A DNA stretch of 36,910 nucleotides. Origin: a virus. Its lineage: Duplodnaviria; Caudoviricetes. A model generated the notes under the pieces. It was not told where the DNA came from and did not search any database. It saw only the letters and a list, made by a program, of their open reading frames with translations. The stretch lies in the IMG/VR virus record IMGVR_UViG_3300032373_000056, positions 1-36,910 of that record; one strand, 5' to 3'. Of this stretch, positions 1 to 8,216 are shown one piece after another. Positions within the stretch are counted from its first letter, which is position 1, and every line of letters begins with the position of its first letter. Made by a program: the position numbers and the translations under genes.

Positions 1-36
1 TATCTCAGTTTCGTTGCTGTATTGTGCTAAGGCCAT
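1..36 (-). CDS. N-terminal 12 codons of the primase-helicase of element A (partial)
   Basis: Identical to 34266-34301, the start (MALAQYSNETEI) of the 892 aa primase-helicase. Confidence 0.85.
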   Translation of the reverse strand, partial: MALAQYSNETEI

Positions 37-63
37 GATTCCCTCAATCCTTACCTAAGAGTT

Positions 64-291
64 TTATTTCAATGCATCCCAAATGTTGTAAACAGCATCA
101 CGCATGTTCAAAGCCTCTTCTCGGTTGTCACTTAATTGAGAGAATGTTTTTAAATCTGCGCGATCGCACAGCAGGCTAAGTGCTGCTAAATCAATATTTG
201 AGATCTCAACAACCTTTAATATTTTTCTATTCGGTTGGTTGAGTAGTTGAGTTCGCACAGCTAATCGAATGTCTGTGCTGGTGCTGATCAT
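64..291 (-). CDS. Small early phage protein (75 aa), function unknown
   Basis: Near-identical copy at 34329-34556 with mostly synonymous changes; ATGA overlap with the upstream cox-like gene. Confidence 0.8.
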   Translation of the reverse strand: MISTSTDIRLAVRTQLLNQPNRKILKVVEISNIDLAALSLLCDRADLKTFSQLSDNREEALNMRDAVYNIWDALK

Positions 292-539
292 TTTGGAACT
301 GCCTTGGATGCGGACTTAGAAAGGTTTACTCCGCTGGCGCTATCGGTTTGGCTATCTTCTATCCATTTATTAACCACACTAGCGAGATAACGTTTTTTGC
401 CAAAAATCATCACATGATCGGGGCCAACTCCAGCCTCGCAATATTTTCTGAAGGTCTGACGGCTGACACCTAGTCCATTGGCGACCTGAGTGGCGGTTAA
501 TTTTTCATCTTCTTCGGTGATCTTAAATGAGCTATTCAT
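288..539 (-). CDS. Cox/excisionase-like HTH protein (AlpA/HTH_17-like) of element A
   Basis: LTATQVANGLGVSRQTFRKY...GP...RYLASVVNKW is a MerR-like winged HTH pattern; divergent from cI; AGGAG RBS upstream. Confidence 0.8.
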   Translation of the reverse strand: MNSSFKITEEDEKLTATQVANGLGVSRQTFRKYCEAGVGPDHVMIFGKKRYLASVVNKWIEDSQTDSASGVNLSKSASKAVPK

Positions 540-646
540 CTATTTTTCTCCTATTCGGTAAAATATGATTAAATTGGTTAAAAGTGACCTACTTCACACT
601 AATTTAACGTATGCACGGTTAATAATGTTAAAACGGGTTAAAAGTA

Positions 647-675
647 AGTATGTAGCTATGTTGAATTTGAGTCAA
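647..675 (-). promoter_or_regulatory. Sigma70-type early lytic promoter of element A (TTGACT-N17-CATACT)
   Basis: The -35 and -10 hexamers with a 17 bp spacer are conserved in position in element B (TTGACT-N17-CATAAT, 34905-34933), while the surrounding sequence has diverged. Confidence 0.7.
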
Positions 676-787
676 TCGAAAACAATCAATACTTACAAAA
701 ATAACCGATTTGATATTTTATTGTGTCTATAAAAAAAACTAATTGCTATGGAGAGGACGCTCAGTGGAACTACTTGGAGTGAGTGAA

Positions 788-1408
788 ATGGAAAAAGGAA
801 TATATAACTTAGCGACTTTAGGTGGTCGGTTAGGATATATAGTGGCAAAAGTTGGGAAGCGAAATGTTCTCAAGTCTGTAAATATTTCAGAGGCCCAATT
901 AAATAAGTATATTGGGGGAAGAACCAATAAGCATACCTTGGAACCGCTTTTGGAAATTTGTGCTAACTATGGTTACAGAATCGAATGGTTAGCTGTTGGT
1001 AGTGGGGAGAAAGAGACTTCAGAGTACGTAAATTCATCTGTTGTATTACATGACTTGCCTTCAGCACCTTTACCATCAGATTATCAGTCAGTGATTCTTA
1101 ACCCAACGTATTTAAAAAATGAGTTATTGGTTGATCCTAAGCAGTGTATTTTTTGCGTAGCTGAGGGGGATTCGATGATACCTACAATTAGTCCAGGCGA
1201 TATGTTATTAGTTGACCAATCTCGAAAGCGTGGTGATGGTATTTTTAAATTCTCCATTGATGCAACCGAGATGATTAAACGATTGCAGTTTCTACCAGAG
1301 AACCAAGTGAAAATCGTTTCAGACAACTCGAAATATGAAAGCTACCAATTGAGTGCAGATAAGTTAGAAATAGTGGGCCGTGTTGTTTGGCATGGTGGCC
1401 GTGTCTAA
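788..1408 (+). CDS. cI: CI-like repressor, HTH plus S24 peptidase-like domain (element A)
   Basis: N-terminal HTH (ISEAQLNKY...IEWLAVG) and C-terminal GDSMxPT...D.LLVD...MIKRLQ...SDN motifs. ATG 788 chosen by alignment with the element B copy. Confidence 0.9.
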   Translation: MEKGIYNLATLGGRLGYIVAKVGKRNVLKSVNISEAQLNKYIGGRTNKHTLEPLLEICANYGYRIEWLAVGSGEKETSEYVNSSVVLHDLPSAPLPSDYQSVILNPTYLKNELLVDPKQCIFCVAEGDSMIPTISPGDMLLVDQSRKRGDGIFKFSIDATEMIKRLQFLPENQVKIVSDNSKYESYQLSADKLEIVGRVVWHGGRV

Positions 1409-2592
1409 TGGCTAGGTCACTCTTTCATAAAGAGCGGGGTAAATGGATTGGCGAGTTCCCCCATGATCCTGAGTTGGGTTTTCAATCCGGTCGGCGTGGT
1501 ATTCGTCGTGTACTTTGTGAAATTGAAGATATAGAAGGATTAAGCCGTGACGCAAAAATAAAACGACTGATTGAGTTATATTCAAAAAAGCAAGCTGAAC
1601 TAAAACGCCAAAAGCAGGAATCGGAAAAACAGAAAAAGCTTGCCCTAAAAGAGAAGAAAAAGCAGACAGTCAAACAGGCTTCACGTACTTGGTTGAAAGA
1701 TGTAGAAGTACTCAATTCAAAAAAGACACATCAGGATTATACAAAAAGCATCAGTCTCTATTTGCAATGTTGCGGTGATCATGTATTAAACGATTTCGAA
1801 CGTTCACACAATGTTAAGTTTTATAAGTTCCTCACTACCATTATCACCAATCGCGGTACTGTTCTTTCAAGCGCGAGCCAAAATAGACACATGCGTCACT
1901 TAGGGACGTTTTTAAATTGGGCGTACGATACTGAAATTATGGATCGCCACATCAAATTGAAATCTGCCTCAGTCCCTAAAAAAGATATGGAGACTTACAC
2001 AATCGAGGAGCTGTTCATTCTTCGAGATCATATTATTAAAAGAAAGGAAAATGCCGAAAGCAGCCAAGAGCGGTTGCACATGACCAACATTTTTAGAGCA
2101 TTCAAATTAGCAACAGCATCACTTTTACGACTCGGTGCAATCTGGTCATTACGGCTTGACCATATCGACATCGATAAAAAGATCATCCGTATTCGAGATA
2201 ACAAAGAATTGGAGTGGGTAAACAAGAAAAACAAATGGCCCAACAAACCGATAAACGACGATTTATTAACCTTTATCACTGAAGATATAGAAGCAAGATC
2301 AGCAAGCGAAGTTTATTATTTGGACAATGGAAAGGGTAAACCCTGGTATGCAGATCGTGGCGATATCTCAAAACTAGCAAGCGCCCTTTGCAAAGAATGC
2401 GGCTTACCAAACATCAAACCGTTCCACTGGGGCATGAGAGCAACCATGATCACCGAACTTTTGAACCGTGGCGTAGATCCAAAAGCCGTTCAACAATTAG
2501 CCGATCACGATAAGTTAGAAACAACCATGCTCTATTTCAACACCCGCACCGTCTCCCAAAACACCGCCGCGAATGCTTTGCCACCTATATAA
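1408..2592 (+). CDS. int: Tyrosine recombinase / phage integrase (element A)
   Basis: LLRLGAIWSL (catalytic R), FHWGMR, QLADH..LETTMLY motifs. TAATG coupling to cI places the start at 1408. Adjacent to att. Confidence 0.93.
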   Translation: MARSLFHKERGKWIGEFPHDPELGFQSGRRGIRRVLCEIEDIEGLSRDAKIKRLIELYSKKQAELKRQKQESEKQKKLALKEKKKQTVKQASRTWLKDVEVLNSKKTHQDYTKSISLYLQCCGDHVLNDFERSHNVKFYKFLTTIITNRGTVLSSASQNRHMRHLGTFLNWAYDTEIMDRHIKLKSASVPKKDMETYTIEELFILRDHIIKRKENAESSQERLHMTNIFRAFKLATASLLRLGAIWSLRLDHIDIDKKIIRIRDNKELEWVNKKNKWPNKPINDDLLTFITEDIEARSASEVYYLDNGKGKPWYADRGDISKLASALCKECGLPNIKPFHWGMRATMITELLNRGVDPKAVQQLADHDKLETTMLYFNTRTVSQNTAANALPPI

Positions 2593-2650
2593 TAGGTATA
2601 GGTGAATTAGGTTAAAAACCGCTCAAAAATACCCGAAAATACACCCAAAA

Positions 2651-2896
2651 GTGTCACACAATGGCGTTTTGAATACCTGGAAAAACTAAAACCCAACAAC
2701 CATGCGGCCTACAGCCCGGTTATTACACCACTCATAATCCATTGGTCGAAGGTTCGAGTCCTTCTAGGCCCACCATTAAATCCCCGTAACATACTGAAAA
2801 ACAAAGGATTATAGGCGCTACCCTATAGGTTTTGTTTTAGTGTCACACGAGTGTCACACGCCCTATTTTGGGGAATAGTGTCACATTCGTGTCACA
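2651..2896 (+). repeat. Five GTGTCACA direct repeats, probable integrase arm-binding sites
   Basis: Copies at 2651, 2840, 2851, 2878 and 2889 (two pairs with 11 bp period) lie on both sides of the att core; similar to P2 Int TGTGGACA arm repeats. Confidence 0.75.
2730..2775 (+). other. att core: 3' half of a tRNA with CAT anticodon (most likely tRNA-Ile2), not a complete tRNA
   Basis: ACTCATAATCCATTGGTCGAAGGTTCGAGTCCTTCTAGGCCCACCA contains anticodon loop CTCATAA, T-arm GAAGG-TTCGAGT-CCTTC and a CCA end. No D-arm or 5' acceptor strand upstream. Phage 186 is known to use tRNA-Ile(CAU). Confidence 0.88.
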
Positions 2897-3280
2897 TGTA
2901 CATAATTGCAAAGCTACCTTTTTCCATATCTATCCTAAGTACTGCAATTACAGTGTTTTCTGTTTTTGAACTCTCTTCGTTTTTCATTTAAAAAAAGTCG
3001 TTTCTAAAATAAAAACTTGAATAACAATAGATTTCAATTGCTTACCACATTTCAAGAATAGCGCTCAAAGCCTCCTATTTTCTCTCTGCTGCATTCCGTT
3101 TCAACTTGTGCAAACCCTTGGGATTCGTGAAATAGAGCGTTCACGCGGTGTACAGCTCGAAAAATCGTTGCACAGACTGCACAAAAGAGAAAACACGCTT
3201 TCTATACAGCGTAGGTAGGATTTTTTTTTCTTGGCAGTTTTAATTTTTTCTACTGAGATCGTATTTTTTTTGTGCAGGCG

Positions 3281-3308
3281 AAAAAAAACCCGCTTAGGTG
3301 CGGGTTTT
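3281..3308 (-). terminator. Rho-independent terminator of the late tail operon
   Basis: Minus strand AAAACCCGC-ACCTAA-GCGGGTTTTTTTT, 22 bp after the gene D stop. Confidence 0.85.
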
Positions 3309-3330
3309 GTGATCAGGTTGTGTGTGGAGG

Positions 3331-4326
3331 TCAGCGGGTTTCGAAGCTGATAGCGGTGGTTATTCCATTGCCTAGGTGGTGTGTTACATCTAGGATTATC
3401 CAATCGTGTTCAATGATTTCATCTTTCCAGCCTTCGAGCGTTGCCGGTTGTTCAGGTATTAAGTTTGGTTGTCCGAGTGCAAGCGTTATTCTTAATCCTG
3501 CTGCACCTCTTCCAACTCGCTTAAACTCTGCATCTGCTACGTTATAGGCTTCATCGTGTGAAGCGTAAACCCTTCGAAGTGTTTTTACTGTTCCCGTTTT
3601 ACCTACTAATACTTGTTCAAGTTGTGCCGCCTCTTGATCATAGTATTGAGTTTGAACGCCTGTATACTTCCCGGTACGTTCAACTGATGAATAATCGTGT
3701 TGATCTCCATCGCCTCTAGTAAATGTGGCAGTCTCCAAAGCTATACCGCTTGCTGTTTTACCTTCACCCTCAACCAAAAAAAGTATTGTGCCATTCTTAA
3801 ACGCCGCAATTGCGCCGTGATCTTTTGCGAGTCGAGTTAAAAAATGTAAATCGCTTTCGCTTGTTTGGTCTAGATGTTTAATTATCTTTGTGGAAAAAGA
3901 TAAACTAACAGCGTGTTTCAACTTATGATTGCTTGCAATTGTTTTAACGATATCTTCTATAGATACATTATCCCAACTTTTATATTTTTGAATCTTTAAC
4001 GATTCCCTCATATCTGCTGAACGTGCGGTTACAGATATAACATCGGGTGGCCCTCGATGATTAGATTCATCAACAATATACGAACCTTTATCATAAAGCT
4101 CATCATCAACACCAAGTTGCAATTTGATAACAGCGCCTTTCTTGGGCATTGTTAACGATCCGTCATGGTCATCAAGTAAAATACCTAACTGATCAGCTTC
4201 AAAACCTTTAACATCTCTGAGCGTTAAGCTAATTATTCGAGTTTGAAACAGTTCGGTTTTATCCTTGCCATCAATAACAATCGAATAATTAGGTTTACTT
4301 GTTGCTTTTAGGATCGAAGAAATCAT
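3331..4326 (-). CDS. D: Baseplate hub / late control protein, P2 gpD family
   Basis: DVKGFEADQLGILLDD, GPPDVISVTARSAD and HLDQTSESDLHFLTRLA motifs; last tail gene. Confidence 0.93.
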   Translation of the reverse strand: MISSILKATSKPNYSIVIDGKDKTELFQTRIISLTLRDVKGFEADQLGILLDDHDGSLTMPKKGAVIKLQLGVDDELYDKGSYIVDESNHRGPPDVISVTARSADMRESLKIQKYKSWDNVSIEDIVKTIASNHKLKHAVSLSFSTKIIKHLDQTSESDLHFLTRLAKDHGAIAAFKNGTILFLVEGEGKTASGIALETATFTRGDGDQHDYSSVERTGKYTGVQTQYYDQEAAQLEQVLVGKTGTVKTLRRVYASHDEAYNVADAEFKRVGRGAAGLRITLALGQPNLIPEQPATLEGWKDEIIEHDWIILDVTHHLGNGITTAISFETR

Positions 4327-4751
4327 AAGAGGCTAAGACCAGCGCGAGCAATAGCGCTAATCTGATCAATTTTAGTATCATCAGAACGAACTATTGAAAG
4401 ATTGAAATCAATTCGCTTAGGTGCGCCGTTTCTATGCATGTGTTTACGTGTTTCATCAACGGAATCAATATACCAAAGGCCGTAAATAAAACCCTCACCA
4501 TCAATGAAAGGGTAAGATACTCCCGCATCACCTAGAATCCGCAATGCATCGAGATTCATTCTTCCACCTGTAATAGCAGGGTAAAGCCTACCGTTAAGCT
4601 GAATTATGTCTTCACCTGGTCCAAGGCTTTGCTTTGATGCTCTATTACCAACACGATTGTTAGACGCCCACCTAAAACGCGTTATTCTTTTAAACTGTTC
4701 AAAAGATGCCGTACTCATGTCAAATACAAAACCGCCTAATGTCGCCTGCAT
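4323..4751 (-). CDS. U: Tail protein, P2 gpU family
   Basis: LGGFVF...RW..N.RVG...Q.LGPGED.I.L.G..YP.ITGG motif; lies between T and D. Confidence 0.93.
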   Translation of the reverse strand: MQATLGGFVFDMSTASFEQFKRITRFRWASNNRVGNRASKQSLGPGEDIIQLNGRLYPAITGGRMNLDALRILGDAGVSYPFIDGEGFIYGLWYIDSVDETRKHMHRNGAPKRIDFNLSIVRSDDTKIDQISAIARAGLSLL

Positions 4752-4760
4752 ATTAAGCCC

Positions 4761-7103
4761 CTATAGCTCATCGAATAGACTAGCGCTTATAGCTGTTTGC
4801 GCTTGTTGATTAACTTTTAAAAGAGCGCGTTCAATCATATTTTTTAATTCTTGATTAGTCATATCAGAAGTGTGATTAATCGTAATATGATTGGTCTGTT
4901 GAACTGTCACTTGTTGAGTACTTCCCGCACTCGCGGAAAGCTGGCCACCCTTAACAATAGTGGGCGAAGCATTAACACCCCCAGCGGTTAAGCCCATTGC
5001 AAGCGCAGTTGGTAAAGCGCCGGGTAACTTATTACCCATATTGCTTAAAGCGTTTAAGGCTGAAGGTGTTTTATTTTCAATACCTACGCCAACGCCCTCG
5101 GCAATGTGTCCGCCAAGCTTTGCAAAAACACGAGAGGGGGAACGAATACCTAAAGGCTTTCTCAACCAATCCGGCATCATATCGCCAAGTGACTGCAAGG
5201 TTGCTTTAACGCTAGCAATACCTGAATCAATGCCGGACGTAATCCCCGACATAATATTTGTTCCAACTAACTTAAATTTATCACCAAGCTTTCCAAACCC
5301 TCTAAACAGTCCTTCCCATAGCTCTTGAAATTGCGGCCCTAACTTATCCCAATTTGAATAAATCAAAGCCGCACCCGCTGCAATTCCTGTGATGGCTAAC
5401 CCAATTGGATTGCTGATCAGTGCGAGCTTTATTAATTTAAGTCCAACAACAACTTTAGGCGCAACAGTGCCAATCATCGCAAGTCCACCAACCAAAGCAA
5501 TTGCGCCGACTGTAAGCGCCGCTGTGGTTTTAATTAATTCAGGACTTTTAGAAGCCCAGCCGGAAAGTTCTCGCGTAAATTCTGTTAGTTTTTTAACTGT
5601 GTCACTTAAGACTGGCAGAAACATATCACCAACGGTTATGGATAAGTCCTCAATAGATGATTGCCATTCTTTTATATGACCTTTGGAATTGTCCCCCATT
5701 TGTTTAGCTATGCGATCTCTGATGCCATCTGCTTCAAAAATTTCTTGGCTATATTTAGCAAGACCGGACTTTCCCTTGGCCAATAGTGCAGCAACACCTG
5801 CTGCTGGTTCTTCACCAAAAATCTCTTTAAGTATTTCAGTTCTTTGGCCTGTACCCATTAACCTTGTTGCGCTATCAAGCTCACCTATAATATCAATGAT
5901 ATTACGAAAGTTTTTATTCGAGTCACGAGTTTCAATGCGCATTTCTTTGAGGGTTTCTTTCGCTTTACCCATAGGTGCAGATAAGCGAAGGAACATTGCG
6001 CGTAGTGTTGTTTCGGTTCTTGAACCATCGAACGATACATCTCCAAGTGAACCAGCCAATGCGGCCGTGTCTTCAAGTGAAATTCCTAACGAGCTAGCAA
6101 TAGGGCCGAGTTTTCCCATCGATGCGCCAAGAGAATCAAGTGTAGTATTGCTGCTTGTGAAGGTTTTGGTTAGCACATCTCCAAGGTGTTGCATTTTATC
6201 GGCATTGAGACCAAAGCCTGTAAGGATGTTACTTGTAATATTGGCTGTGGTACCGAGTTCGGAACCACTTGCTTTAGCAAGTTTTAGTACTCCCGGCATT
6301 GTTGAAATTATTTTATTGGTCTTAAAGCCAGCCATGGCGAGGTAAGCCATTCCATCGGTTGCTTCACTAGCTGAAAAACTAGTTGTTCTGCCTAGTTCAC
6401 GAGCCTTATCTCTTAATGCATCAAACTGTGTTCCTGTAGCGCGAGATATGGAGGCTACCCTATCCATGCCTTCTTCAAAATTTGCAGCCGTAGCAATCAT
6501 TGGTGTGGCAATTGAGGCTATGCCAATGCCCCCCGCGAGCGCAATTCCCTTGGCCTTCTTGCTGAAATTAGAAACCATCTGACCAGCTTTACGGCCAAGC
6601 TGCGTAACCTTGAGTAATTTTTCTTGTTTCGTTAGTTTTCGATTAAGCTTATCTGTTTTGCTTGATAAGTAATCTTGAGCTTTTGCAAGGTCGCGTGTTT
6701 CGACACTCTCGGCTTTTAATTGATCAGTTAAACTCGATGCTCTATTTTCAAGCTTTGAGTGTCTTTTGGAAAGTGTATCAATTCTTTTTTCTGTATTAGC
6801 AAATTGTTGTTGCAGTCGCTTGGTTGCTTTCCCTGTCTTTTTTGCATCCTCAATTTTCTTCCAAAGTTCAGCAAGTTTTGTTTTTGCATCTCCTGATTTT
6901 TGATCAATATCTCTCATCCGATTACTTACATTAGTTAGGGCCTTGACGTTTTTTGCTTGCTTATTTACAGCACCTAACTCACGCTTTGTATCTCGCAATT
7001 TACTAGCGACACGGGTACTCGCACCAGCAGCTTTATTAGCTGGCCGGGAAAACTTGTCAACCATACTCAGTATGATTGATTGTTTTAAATCGCGAATACC
7101 CAT
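4761..7103 (-). CDS. T: Tail tape measure protein (TP901-family core)
   Basis: 780 aa; coiled-coil N-terminus, FEEGMDRV...LRDKARELGRTTSFSA.EA...LAMAGF core, NPIGL and LGIRSPSRVF motifs. Confidence 0.95.
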   Translation of the reverse strand: MGIRDLKQSIILSMVDKFSRPANKAAGASTRVASKLRDTKRELGAVNKQAKNVKALTNVSNRMRDIDQKSGDAKTKLAELWKKIEDAKKTGKATKRLQQQFANTEKRIDTLSKRHSKLENRASSLTDQLKAESVETRDLAKAQDYLSSKTDKLNRKLTKQEKLLKVTQLGRKAGQMVSNFSKKAKGIALAGGIGIASIATPMIATAANFEEGMDRVASISRATGTQFDALRDKARELGRTTSFSASEATDGMAYLAMAGFKTNKIISTMPGVLKLAKASGSELGTTANITSNILTGFGLNADKMQHLGDVLTKTFTSSNTTLDSLGASMGKLGPIASSLGISLEDTAALAGSLGDVSFDGSRTETTLRAMFLRLSAPMGKAKETLKEMRIETRDSNKNFRNIIDIIGELDSATRLMGTGQRTEILKEIFGEEPAAGVAALLAKGKSGLAKYSQEIFEADGIRDRIAKQMGDNSKGHIKEWQSSIEDLSITVGDMFLPVLSDTVKKLTEFTRELSGWASKSPELIKTTAALTVGAIALVGGLAMIGTVAPKVVVGLKLIKLALISNPIGLAITGIAAGAALIYSNWDKLGPQFQELWEGLFRGFGKLGDKFKLVGTNIMSGITSGIDSGIASVKATLQSLGDMMPDWLRKPLGIRSPSRVFAKLGGHIAEGVGVGIENKTPSALNALSNMGNKLPGALPTALAMGLTAGGVNASPTIVKGGQLSASAGSTQQVTVQQTNHITINHTSDMTNQELKNMIERALLKVNQQAQTAISASLFDEL

Positions 7104-7124
7104 TAAATATACACTCCAGTTAAG

Positions 7125-7291
7125 CTAATCTGGTTCACTATTGGGGGCGCGTTTGATTGCCTTGTCCCACCAACTTAATAACTCTTCAAAAGATTCCATC
7201 TTATCTATAGCGCTTGGCTCCCAGCCAAAAATAGCGGCAATGTCTGCCCATACCTCATCCACATCGTCTGGGAGCCTAGCTTCTAGCCCAA
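7125..7291 (-). CDS. E': gpE' extension read by programmed -1 frameshift (E+E' spans 7642 to 7125)
   Basis: Slippery TTTTTTG at 7295-7289. The -1 frame reads GLEARLPDDVDEVWADIAAIFGWEPSAIDKMESFEELLSWWDKAIKRAPNSEPD*, matching P2 gpE' (ADIA.IF.W.PS...EL..W..KA). Missing from the ORF track. Confidence 0.9.
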
Positions 7292-7642
7292 AAAATCAAT
7301 AACAACCGCAGATAGCGAACTGAAATCAGCTAAATGGATATCACTAACCTCGTGCTCTGTTAGTGGCGGATTACTGATTCGAGGTATAACCTTAATCATG
7401 CTATCAACATCACCTTGAGCAACAAGAACCAATTTCAAGCCCCGCATTTCACCGGGCTTAGGCATTCTCAAAATCGTTCCCTTCAATTCAGATTCACCGC
7501 GTTTCAAAGGCTTTTTGAATATCACTTCGCCGGGTCTAGTCTCTTCTTCTTTTTTTTCTTCAGAAGATTCAGCTTCAAGTGAACAGTTGTTATTTTCCTC
7601 TTTAGAAACCTTATCTAATACTTTCTCTTTTTTTACTGACAT
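7283..7642 (-). CDS. E: Tail assembly chaperone, P2 gpE family
   Basis: LRMPKPGEMRGLKL...DVDSMIKVIPRISNPPLTEHEV..I.LADF motif; follows the tail tube gene. Confidence 0.9.
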   Translation of the reverse strand: MSVKKEKVLDKVSKEENNNCSLEAESSEEKKEEETRPGEVIFKKPLKRGESELKGTILRMPKPGEMRGLKLVLVAQGDVDSMIKVIPRISNPPLTEHEVSDIHLADFSSLSAVVIDFLG

Positions 7643-7661
7643 AAATCACCTACCTTTAAGT

Positions 7662-8171
7662 TTAAGGATTAAGAATTTCACGTTGACCCGCAAGCAAATC
7701 AACACCGCCAACTTTATAAATAAAACCCGGTCTATCAATTTCAATGAGCGTTTCACCGTTCAAATCATAACGATAATAAGTAAGGCTAGCCGCCAACGTC
7801 ATGCTTGTATCGTCACCGCCTTTGATGGTCCCCATATCATGCTCTGTGAAAATTCCACGTTGAACAACTTCGATTTGATCCCATGAGTTAACACCTTGAC
7901 CACTTTGTGCAGCACCAATAAAGCGTAATTCGTTGCCGTCTACGGTTGGCGTTCCATGTGCTAATATCAGAGCACGGGTGAACTCTGCAATAACAATTGA
8001 CGACTCTAACTTAGTGCCACCCATATCAATATCAATAGGGCCGTCCATACCCGCCGCCCAATACTCTTCAACCTTGCGGCCCAACTTAGGCAAAGTCACT
8101 TCAGTGGCTAACCCTGCGTAATTGTCGCCATTGATAAAAGAATTAAACCCTTGTATTTTCTTAGGTAACAT
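7662..8171 (-). CDS. FII: Major tail tube protein, P2 FII family
   Basis: MLPKK...G.NYAG...EVTLPKL.RK.EEY..AGMDGP..ID.G and YY...NGE.LIEID motifs. Confidence 0.95.
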   Translation of the reverse strand: MLPKKIQGFNSFINGDNYAGLATEVTLPKLGRKVEEYWAAGMDGPIDIDMGGTKLESSIVIAEFTRALILAHGTPTVDGNELRFIGAAQSGQGVNSWDQIEVVQRGIFTEHDMGTIKGGDDTSMTLAASLTYYRYDLNGETLIEIDRPGFIYKVGGVDLLAGQREILNP

Positions 8172-8216
8172 TTCAGTTTCCCCTGTTACTAATAATTAAA
8201 AATCACTAAACACAAA

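Larger units (their letters stand above)
1..2775. mobile_element. Control end of P2-like prophage A (primase start, small ORF, cox/xis, cI, int, att); truncated by the window edge
   Basis: 1-2580 is a colinear homologue of 34266-36860 (offset 34265 at the left, 34280 in int) and ends at a tRNA-derived att core. Confidence 0.8.

Noticed and set aside
1-2580. Simple terminal redundancy from a circular contig
   Set aside because: The two copies differ by many substitutions and by diverged cox/cI regions, so they are not the same sequence read twice.
2700-2775. Complete tRNA-Ile/Met gene
   Set aside because: Only the anticodon loop to CCA is present; upstream sequence cannot form the D-arm or acceptor stem. 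It is an att core.
2840-2896. CRISPR array from GTGTCACA repeats
   Set aside because: 8 bp units with 3 bp gaps, no spacers and no cas genes; fits integrase arm sites.
3101-3547. ORFs 3101-3403 and 3272-3547
   Set aside because: They cross the late terminator and overlap gene D; no motifs.
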